The translations under genes and the position numbers were made by a program. A stretch of DNA of 63,924 bases, counting the filler. It is 7 parts of 7 records of this genome, joined end to end, with 100 filler letters (N's around TTAATTAATTAA, not from the genome) between each part and the next. Parts side by side here need not be neighbours in the genome. Positions count along the whole stretch, not along the records: positions 1 to 14,349 come from DRR723986_8594; 6 more parts are not named here. One strand, given 5' to 3'. Positions 1 to 7,194 of the stretch are shown one piece after another (position 1 is the stretch's first letter; the number at the start of each line of letters is the position of its first letter). The notes beneath the pieces are model-generated. The model made no database searches. It was not told the DNA's origin and worked only from the letters and a program-made list of their open reading frames with translations.

Positions 1-454
1 TGCAGCGAATGACAGGTCTCGGATCCGGTGACCGCTGTCCCAGCGACGTCGCCGTCCGCCCAGGGTATTCCTAACCCACTCGAGCATTCGCACAACCACG
101 CCGCCTTCGGGTGTCGCTGTTCGCATTGATAGCGGTCGAGCCTGCTTCAACTGCGGCGCAACCCAATTTTGACAAGCATCTGAAAAGACGTTTATTTTTG
201 AATGCGTCTCGATTGGGATGAAGGGCGGGTGAAAAGAGACGCTGGCCGTTCAGAGACCGAATGTGGCCGAAACGCCAGTCTCTGAAAGTCGGATGGCCTT
301 GCTAAAGCCCTTTGAACCAAAAAGAAAAAAGGCCCGCGCTGGGGCCTCATCCCGAGTTTGCGATGTGCAAGTGGCGGAGGCAAAGGGTCTGGTAGCGAAC
401 CTTCTCTGGTCCGTAAGTCATTGGTTCTATTTGATCGGAACTTGGTTCGAACGA

Positions 455-690
455 TCATTTGGTTCGATCGCGACTGGTAGCGAAATGGGCAAACTGCGAC
501 CGCGACAGCTTGTTGCGGCACAGCTCGGACCGGAACACGCGGCGCCCTTCAACTGGATCACGTTCTTTGCAAAAGCGACCCCGATCAAGGTAACCACATC
601 CACGGATGCGCTCGCTTTCAGCTTACGCGCAGCCTCCGCAAGCTTGGCATATTGCGTTGCCGTCACGGGAGAGCGGCATCCACCCCATAT
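455..690 (-). mobile_element. Decayed IS110-family (IS1111-like) insertion sequence: left end plus frameshifted transposase N-terminus
   Basis: Minus strand from GTG at 603 reads VDVVTLIGVAFAKNVIQLKGAA, then after a frameshift RNKLSRSQFAHF. This resembles the IS110 DEDD N-terminus (TTIGIDLAKNVFQLHG...RKKLSRAQF). The upstream segment TTGGCATATTGCGTTGCCGTC...GAGCGGCATCCACCCCAT (plus strand, 644-688) resembles IS1111-type left ends. Confidence 0.7.
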
Positions 691-782
691 CTGTATTCGC
701 AAGAACCGTTTGCCCTCGCTCGACAAATATGCCGGCTGTAGAGCCTCTTGACCTCACTAAAGAAAATGCCTATCTATACATC

Positions 783-878
783 AACACAGGGGAGCTCCGT
801 AGTGCTGGGGCTGAGATGTGGGGCGCAAGTCCTCGGACCCTTAAGCTGATCTGGGTAATGCCAGCGGAGCGAGGTGAA
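783..878 (+). promoter_or_regulatory. TPP (THI-box) riboswitch
   Basis: Hallmarks GGGG..GCTGAGA (810-816), GACCC (836-840) and TGATCTGGGTAATGCCAGCG (847-866), directly upstream of a thiamine-binding YkoF gene. Confidence 0.93.
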
Positions 879-879
879 T

Positions 880-1488
880 ATGTTCTCAGGCGCACAAATC
901 TCATTGTATCCGATGTCCGACGACTTTGTCGGCATCATTCTGGGCGCGATAGATGCGCTGGAGCCGTGGCGAGACAGGCTGCGGCTTGAGACCGACTCCC
1001 TGTCGACGCTCATGGTCGGACCGCCGGAGGTGCTATTTTCGGCGATGCGGGATCTGTTTTGTGCGGCTGCGCGCTCGGGCGTCCACACCACGATGCACGC
1101 AACCGTCTCTCGCGGCTGTCCGGGTGAGCCTGAGGATCCGATCTGCACGCCTGCCAAAGGGCAAGCGAGCGCCAGACCGCTGGCAGAGCGGATCAAGGCC
1201 TCCTGCGAAGCGACGGCGAGCTCGCCCCGCCTCGGACAGGCCATCGCGGCGCAGTTCTCGCTCTACCCGCTCGGTGTCGATCACCACATGGACGAGATCT
1301 ATGGGTGTATCGCGTTCCTGAAGGACTCGGGCACCTTCGATCGATCCAAGAATTTTTGCACCGCGCTGCGCGGTGATGCGGGTCCGGTTTTCGGGACCTT
1401 GAGCCAGGCTTTCACCAGCTTTGGGGCGCAAGCCGGGCATCTTGCCATGGACGTGACAGTCTCGGCCAATTCGCCGAGCGCTCGATGA
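880..1488 (+). CDS. ykoF: YkoF-family thiamine/HMP-binding protein (two ferredoxin-like repeats)
   Basis: Two repeats GAQISLYPM / AAQFSLYPL; downstream of the TPP riboswitch; ATG 880 with SD GAGG at 871-874. Confidence 0.88.
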   Translation: MFSGAQISLYPMSDDFVGIILGAIDALEPWRDRLRLETDSLSTLMVGPPEVLFSAMRDLFCAAARSGVHTTMHATVSRGCPGEPEDPICTPAKGQASARPLAERIKASCEATASSPRLGQAIAAQFSLYPLGVDHHMDEIYGCIAFLKDSGTFDRSKNFCTALRGDAGPVFGTLSQAFTSFGAQAGHLAMDVTVSANSPSAR

Positions 1489-1492
1489 CCCA

Positions 1493-1511
1493 GGGGCCGA
1501 GCACCGGCCCC
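1493..1511 (+). other. Intercistronic GC hairpin after ykoF
   Basis: GGGGCCG-agcac-CGGCCCC followed by a pyrimidine-rich tract; possible mRNA-stabilising or attenuating stem. Confidence 0.4.
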
Positions 1512-1548
1512 TCCTTTCTCCATTTCTTCTCAAAGTCAGGAGGCTAAA

Positions 1549-2133
1549 ATGCCCAATAGGTCTGTATGGACTCTTCGCGAAACTCTCATTGTCGCCGTCC
1601 TTGGTGCCGTTTTCGGTGTTATGTATCTGGGCTGGGTGCAGGTCTGGCTGGTGCTGCAGGCGATTTTCGGGCCAGTGACGATGGATGTCGTCATGGGGTT
1701 CTGGTTCATCGTCTCGATCATCGCCGCAGCGATCATCCGCAAGCCGGGGGCGGCGCTGGTCTCAGAAGTACTCGCCGCCGCAATACAGGTGTTGCTGGGC
1801 AGCCCTGCCGGGCTGTTGCTACTGCTGACCGGGCTGGTGCAGGGTGCAGGCGCGGAAGCAGTCTTTGCCGCGACGCGCTGGCGGCGCTATACCGTTCCCG
1901 TGCTGATGGCAGCGGGGATGGGTGCTGCGGTCTTCTCCTTCGCCTATACTTGGGTCCGGTTCGACTACGGCAGCCTCGCGCCGGGCCTTCTGGTGGCAAT
2001 GTTTGTCTTGCGCCTTGCATCGGGAGCGCTTCTGGGCGGGCTTCTTGGTCATTTGATTGTCCGGGGACTGTATCGGACAGGCGTCCTGTCGGGTCTGGCC
2101 ATTGACCGCGACACCCGCGCCGTCCGTGTCTGA
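1549..2133 (+). CDS. ykoE: ECF transporter S component (YkoE type)
   Basis: Hydrophobic 194 aa with motifs WTLRETLIVAVL, IIRKPGAALVSE and GLVQGAGAE; SD AGGAGG. Confidence 0.88.
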   Translation: MPNRSVWTLRETLIVAVLGAVFGVMYLGWVQVWLVLQAIFGPVTMDVVMGFWFIVSIIAAAIIRKPGAALVSEVLAAAIQVLLGSPAGLLLLLTGLVQGAGAEAVFAATRWRRYTVPVLMAAGMGAAVFSFAYTWVRFDYGSLAPGLLVAMFVLRLASGALLGGLLGHLIVRGLYRTGVLSGLAIDRDTRAVRV

Positions 2134-3697
2134 GGCGCTGGTCTATGACCGCGTCACCCTGCGCCATGACGGCGCATTGGCTGACGCGATCGGCCCTGTG
2201 TCCCTCAGCCTGCAACAAGGTGAAAGGCTGCTTCTCATGGGACCATCGGGAGCGGGGAAATCCACACTCCTCCATGCGGCGACAGGATTGATGCCCACCT
2301 CGATCCCGGGTGCGCGCGCCGGGACGATTACAGTTGGCGGCTGTCCGGTCGAAAACCGACGGCCTTCGGACTGGGCCGACACCTGCGGCTATCTCTTCCA
2401 AGATGCCGGGCAGACGTTGGCGGGCTTTACCGTGCTCGACGAGATCGCATTCGGCCCGGAGAATCAAAGCGTGGTGTCGGCCGAGATTCCAGGCGTGATC
2501 GCGTACGCCATGGCGTGCGCTGCCATTCCGGCATCTTGGGCGGACCGTCGCATCACGACGTTGTCTGGAGGGGAACGGCAATGCGTGGCGCTGGCGGCAC
2601 TGCTGGCGCAGAACGCGCCAATCACGCTGGCCGATGAACCCGCCGCCAGCCTTGCCCCGGCAGCCGCAAAGCGGATGGCCGAAGTTCTTCTCGCACCGGG
2701 CCGGACGACGTTGGTCGTGGAACATAAGCCGGGCGCGATCCTCCACCGCATCGACCGATGCGTGGCGCTGAATCGCGATGGTCGCATCATCGCCGAGGGT
2801 GCCCCCCACGATGTTCTGAAAGAGCACGCTCCTGCGTTGGCAGAGGCCGGTATCGCCCTGCCACTGGCCACGCGCCTACATCTGGAGATGCCGGACCTCG
2901 TCAGGTCAGGCCTGCCGCTGCCAGAGGTACTGTCGGGCCTCACCCGAAGGCACGCATCCAGAGTGCGCTCGTTGATCCTGCCCGCCCCCATTGATCCGGG
3001 CGCGGCACTGGTGACGCTCGACGATGCCGCCTGTGCCCCGCCCTTCGGCCCGGTCGTTCTGCGGGACATCTCGGTTGTGCTGCGGGCGGGTGAAGTGCTG
3101 GCCATTCTTGGCCCGAACGGTGCCGGAAAATCGACGCTGGCTGCGTGTCTGGCAGGCCTCTTGCAGCCCCACGCGGGCCGCCGCACAGGACCTTGCGGCG
3201 CGGTGGCCTTTCAGAACCCCGAGGCGCATTTCAGCCGAGAGTCGGTGCGCGAAGAGATCGCGGGTCTGCGACCTGCGCCGGACACGGTGGCGCAGGTTCT
3301 CGATCGGTGGGGGCTGGCGACAGTCGCCGAACAGCACCCATTCACCCTGTCGCAGGGGCAAAAACGCCGCCTGTCGCTGGCGCTTTTGGCCGAAAGCGAT
3401 CGCTGGCCTCTGCTGATCCTCGATGAACCGACGGCTGGCCTGGACGGTGCCGCCACAAACACCCTGGGGCGCAAGGTCCGCGCACTGGCGCAGGAGGGGC
3501 GCGCGGTTGCTGTCATTACCCATGATCTCGATTTCGCCCTGTCCGTGGCGGATCGGGCCATCCTTATCAACGAAGGCGGGCTGCGCTTTGACGGTGCCTG
3601 CCCGGCACTGATGCGCGATACCACGTGTCTGACCGCAGCGGGGCTCGCGCCGCCCGAGGCCGGGCCGCTGCTCGACTGGCTGGAGGCGGCATGCTGA
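2126..3697 (+). CDS. ykoD: ECF transporter duplicated ATPase (YkoD type)
   Basis: Two ABC domains: GPSGAGKST/LSGGERQ/LADEP and GPNGAGKST/LSQGQKRR/LILDEP; GTG start overlaps the ykoE stop. Confidence 0.88.
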   Translation: MSEALVYDRVTLRHDGALADAIGPVSLSLQQGERLLLMGPSGAGKSTLLHAATGLMPTSIPGARAGTITVGGCPVENRRPSDWADTCGYLFQDAGQTLAGFTVLDEIAFGPENQSVVSAEIPGVIAYAMACAAIPASWADRRITTLSGGERQCVALAALLAQNAPITLADEPAASLAPAAAKRMAEVLLAPGRTTLVVEHKPGAILHRIDRCVALNRDGRIIAEGAPHDVLKEHAPALAEAGIALPLATRLHLEMPDLVRSGLPLPEVLSGLTRRHASRVRSLILPAPIDPGAALVTLDDAACAPPFGPVVLRDISVVLRAGEVLAILGPNGAGKSTLAACLAGLLQPHAGRRTGPCGAVAFQNPEAHFSRESVREEIAGLRPAPDTVAQVLDRWGLATVAEQHPFTLSQGQKRRLSLALLAESDRWPLLILDEPTAGLDGAATNTLGRKVRALAQEGRAVAVITHDLDFALSVADRAILINEGGLRFDGACPALMRDTTCLTAAGLAPPEAGPLLDWLEAAC

Positions 3698-4431
3698 AGA
3701 CATTTCATCCCTTACCGAAGCTCACGCTTTGTTTGGTTGGGATCATTACCTCGCTGGCAATCTTCCGGCTGTCGTTCCAGATTGCGCTCTTCGCCATGGC
3801 TACGCTCCTGCTTCTGGTGGATGCGCGCGTGCCGCCGCACCGTCTGCTGGCGCTGATGGTTCCCTTCACGCTATTCGGCTTCGGATTTTTTACGACCTCG
3901 GTTTTGTTTCGTGCCGAGTCGGGCTTCGCCTTGCAGATGGCGCGGGAACAGGGCGGGACACCCGAGGTCGCGCCCGGGCTTGTCCTGTTCTTTCGGGTTC
4001 TGGCCTGTGGCATGACCTCTGCGGTATTCGCGATCACCACGGACCCGGGACGGTTTATCCGGGCCTTGATGAAGGATATGCGACTGTCGGCCCCGATCGG
4101 TTTCGGGCTGATGCAGGCCATGCACATGGTCCCCGATTTGCGTCAGGAAATATTTCAACTACGCATGGCACGGGCCATCCGGCTGGGACGCCCGTTGCGG
4201 TGCATTCCGACACCGTCAGAGATCATGGCACTGGCGATCCCGCTTCTCGCCTATGCGATTCGCCGGGCCACGCGCGCCGCGCTGTCTTTCGAGGCGCGGG
4301 GACTAAGCGACCGAGGGCCCAGAACGCACTTGCCCCAATCGGCAATAGCGCGTGGCGACGTAATTGGCCTCGCGGTAGGCTTGGCAGTGCTTGCCGCCCT
4401 CTCGCTGGCCTCCGGCGCGGCGGATTTATAA
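3691..4431 (+). CDS. ykoC: ECF transporter T component (YkoC/CbiQ type)
   Basis: HPLPKL N-terminus, TM segments and the Arg motifs ARAIR and FEARG; overlaps the ykoD stop. Confidence 0.85.
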   Translation: MLKTFHPLPKLTLCLVGIITSLAIFRLSFQIALFAMATLLLLVDARVPPHRLLALMVPFTLFGFGFFTTSVLFRAESGFALQMAREQGGTPEVAPGLVLFFRVLACGMTSAVFAITTDPGRFIRALMKDMRLSAPIGFGLMQAMHMVPDLRQEIFQLRMARAIRLGRPLRCIPTPSEIMALAIPLLAYAIRRATRAALSFEARGLSDRGPRTHLPQSAIARGDVIGLAVGLAVLAALSLASGAADL

Positions 4432-4487
4432 GCATTTCCGACGGGGCGTGCCTTGTTCGGCGCCATGTGGACCCGACGGCATGTGGT

Positions 4488-5351
4488 TCAGGCACAGAAA
4501 TAGTCGGAATCGACGTTCTGGGTGCGCAAAGCTGCGCGGAGTCGTTCAAAGCCGCGCTCGCGGAGCTGGCGCACGCGCTCCTTGGAGATCCCGTATTCGG
4601 CCCCAAGCCCCTCCAGCGTTGCCGGCGGGTCCCGCAATTGGGTCGCGAGGATGATATCGCGTTCCCGGTGCGGCAGAATCGAAAGCCCCTGCGCGAGCAG
4701 GCGGCGCAATCCGGCGGCCTCCAAATCCTCAAAGCCCGCCGGGTCCAAGGTTGTGGATGGATCGACAAGGCGGTCGATGCGTTCTTCTCCATCCTGTCCG
4801 GCGATCAGCGCATCGAGGGATTGGTCGCGCCCCATCACCTGTGCCCGCAGATCGTCCACCTTGTATTGGGTGACACCAAGCGTCTTGGCGAGGGCTGCGT
4901 CGGCTTCGGCCCGCGTCAGGGACGGATCGCCGTCCATCTGCGCCTGGATTGTGGAAAGCTGCCGGGCGGCCTGTCTTGCCTGAGCCGAATTCGGCCGCCG
5001 GACGATGGATGTATTTGCGTGCATATAATCCTGCATCTCTGCCCGGATCCACCACACGGCGTAGGTCGAGAACCGGTTTTCACGCGCGGGATCGAAACGG
5101 TCGATGGCCTTCATGAGACCGATATTCGCCTGCTGGAGCAGGTCCGGGTCGGCGCCGCTCCCTCCCGGTTTCGCCCGATGCGCCATCGCGTTTGCCAGCG
5201 GCGCGAAGGCCAGAACAAGCCGATCCCGCGCCAGCCTGTCACCGCGCTGCTGCCATGCCACGACCAACGCCCGTTCGTCCTGCGCCGAGAGCATCTCGTA
5301 GCGGCGGACAGGGCGTGTCGCGTGCTTGCGCTGGGTGAAAGGCTTGTTCAT
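4488..5351 (-). CDS. Sigma-70 family, sigma-32/RpoH-like factor (divergent)
   Basis: Region 2 DLLQQANIGLMKAIDRFDP..RFSTYAVWWIRAEMQDY; region 4 TLEGLGAEYGISKERVRQL; 287 aa, RpoH-sized. Confidence 0.88.
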   Translation of the reverse strand: MNKPFTQRKHATRPVRRYEMLSAQDERALVVAWQQRGDRLARDRLVLAFAPLANAMAHRAKPGGSGADPDLLQQANIGLMKAIDRFDPARENRFSTYAVWWIRAEMQDYMHANTSIVRRPNSAQARQAARQLSTIQAQMDGDPSLTRAEADAALAKTLGVTQYKVDDLRAQVMGRDQSLDALIAGQDGEERIDRLVDPSTTLDPAGFEDLEAAGLRRLLAQGLSILPHRERDIILATQLRDPPATLEGLGAEYGISKERVRQLRERGFERLRAALRTQNVDSDYFCA

Positions 5352-5362
5352 GACGCATCGCT

Positions 5363-5431
5363 TTTCGATTTCGATTTCGATTCGAAACTATTCTCGTTGA
5401 TTTCGGTTGTCAAAGTCATTTCGATTCGCTA
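5363..5431. promoter_or_regulatory. Putative MarR operator array in a divergent promoter
   Basis: Three tandem TTTCGA (5363-5380), a perfect palindrome TTTCGA-T-TCGAAA (5375-5387) and a second copy TTTCGA-T-TCGCTA (5419-5431). Confidence 0.6.
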
Positions 5432-5441
5432 CCAAATCTTC

Positions 5442-6041
5442 ATGACAGAGCAACACCGAATATCGGAACGTATCGCGGAACTGATCGTGCATCTGGGCCG
5501 TGCCGCACGCAGCGAAGGGTCAGGTTCAGATCTGACGGCTGCGCAGTGGACCTGTCTGCGGTTCTTTGCCCGCGCCAACGGTGTCACGCGCACACCGTCG
5601 AGCTTCGCAAGCTTTCAGGCGACGACGCGCGGCACCGCTTCGCAGATCATCAAGTCACTTGAAAGCATGGGGCTGATTGCGCGCACCAGGTCTGAGCAGG
5701 ACAGGCGGAGTGTGTCCTTCGATCTGACCGAAACGGGGCGCGCAATGCTGGCAAACGACCCGCTACGCGCTCTGATGGGCGTCATTGACAGGCTCGGGAC
5801 GGCAGAGCGCGACCGTGTTTTAGCTGCACTGTCGGGCCTGTCCGGTGCGTTGGCGGCCCAGAGAGAGGCGCCTGCCTTTGGTTCCTGCCAAGATTGCAAC
5901 CATTTCTTCCAGTCAGACGCTGCGGCCTATTGCGACTGCATGGCAGCCGAGCTTGCGGCAGACGAGATCGAACAGCTCTGCGCCAGATACGCCCCCGCGC
6001 GCGGCCTGCAGCCAAGTGGAGTCAGTCATGGTACAACCTGA
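5442..6041 (+). CDS. MarR-family regulator with a Cys-rich C-terminal tail
   Basis: wHTH LTAAQWTCLRFF...TTRGTASQIIKSLESMGLIAR..DRRSVSFDLTETG; tail CQDC-x11-CDC-x13-C. Confidence 0.88.
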   Translation: MTEQHRISERIAELIVHLGRAARSEGSGSDLTAAQWTCLRFFARANGVTRTPSSFASFQATTRGTASQIIKSLESMGLIARTRSEQDRRSVSFDLTETGRAMLANDPLRALMGVIDRLGTAERDRVLAALSGLSGALAAQREAPAFGSCQDCNHFFQSDAAAYCDCMAAELAADEIEQLCARYAPARGLQPSGVSHGTT

Positions 6042-7194
6042 AACAGGAAACGCACCCCGCATGATCGCAATCAGCAGCGGCAAGGGCGGCGTCGGGAAAT
6101 CGACGATCACCGCAAACGTCGCCGTGGCCCTGGCCGAGATGGGCCTGTCTGTCGGCGTGGTGGATGCTGATATCTACGGTCCCTCCATTCCGCGCATGCT
6201 GGGTGCGGCCACGACCCGGCCTGCCATATCGCTGGATCAGAAAGTGGTGCCCGCCGCAGCCCAGGGGGTCAAGATCATCTCCATGGCCATGCTCAGCGAT
6301 GATGACAGTCCGGCAATCCTGCGCGGACCAATGGTGACGAAATACCTGCAGATGTTCGTGCGGCAGGTGGACTGGGGCCAACTCGATATTCTGTTGCTCG
6401 ATCTGCCTCCCGGTACCGGTGATATCCAGTTGACCTTGGCGCAGGCCTTTCCGCTGTCGGGCGCCGTGGTGGTCAGCACGCCACAGGACGTGAGTCTCAA
6501 GATCGCCCGCCGAGGCTTGCGGATGCTGGAGCAGGTCAATGTACCGATCCTTGGTGTGATCGAGAACATGAGTGGCTTCACTTGCCCGTCCTGTGGAACG
6601 GTGACGCATATCTTCCACCAGGGTGGGGGCGAGGCCATCGCGCGGGAACTGGGCGTGGATTTCCTGGGCCGCGTGCCGCTGGACCCGACCGTGGTCGATT
6701 GCGGCGACGATGGCCGGCCGCTGCTGCGCGCCGCACCCGAGAGCCCGGCGGCGCAAGCCTACCGGAGCATCGCGGCGACCATGGCAGGCTCCAGCGGTGG
6801 GGATGGCGGGATTGCCGTGCCCTTCGCCTGGTCTATCACCGACGGGTCGGGCAAGCCCGCGCCGGCGGCCGCCCGGGCCGGAGGCTCTGCCGAGCGCCTC
6901 GCCGCGCTAGAACATGACGGCGGTGCGCTGCACCTGCGCTGGGTCGATGGCGCCGAACAGCGCCTCGCCGACCGCGACCTGCGACTGGCCTGCCAGTGCG
7001 CCCAATGCCGCGAAGAAATGAGCGGCAAGGCGCTACTCGATCCGACGCGAATCCCGCTTGATCTTAGGCTGACGCGGGTCTGGAGCGTCGGCAATTACGC
7101 GCTGGGGCTTGCATTCAGTGACGGCCACGACACGGGTATCTACACCTTCGGGGCGCTGCGCAAGATGGTGGGGACGGAGCTCGTGGATGTCTGA
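6028..7194 (+). CDS. Mrp/ApbC (NBP35-family) Fe-S carrier ATPase fused to a C-terminal DUF971 (GBBH-like N) domain
   Basis: SGKGGVGKST, DADIYGPS, DLPPGTGD and ENMSGFTCPSC; C-terminal LRLACQCAQC...VGNYALGLAFSDGHDTGIY. Confidence 0.88.
   Translation: MVQPETGNAPRMIAISSGKGGVGKSTITANVAVALAEMGLSVGVVDADIYGPSIPRMLGAATTRPAISLDQKVVPAAAQGVKIISMAMLSDDDSPAILRGPMVTKYLQMFVRQVDWGQLDILLLDLPPGTGDIQLTLAQAFPLSGAVVVSTPQDVSLKIARRGLRMLEQVNVPILGVIENMSGFTCPSCGTVTHIFHQGGGEAIARELGVDFLGRVPLDPTVVDCGDDGRPLLRAAPESPAAQAYRSIAATMAGSSGGDGGIAVPFAWSITDGSGKPAPAAARAGGSAERLAALEHDGGALHLRWVDGAEQRLADRDLRLACQCAQCREEMSGKALLDPTRIPLDLRLTRVWSVGNYALGLAFSDGHDTGIYTFGALRKMVGTELVDV

Noticed and set aside
1-370. ORFs 263-751 and 192-521, and a possible minus-strand gene start near position 90
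   Set aside because: No family motifs; they overlap the IS relic or run off the window, so they cannot be supported.
371-401. GTGGCGGAGG..GGG..CGAACC as a tRNA (reverse complement of a tRNA-Ser 3' end) or att site
   Set aside because: The T-loop motif is broken and there is no cloverleaf; at most a very degenerate scar.
3729-5441. 770-aa ORF 3729-6041
   Set aside because: Only the last 199 codons (MarR) are credible; the rest overlaps ykoC in another frame and runs antisense to the sigma gene.
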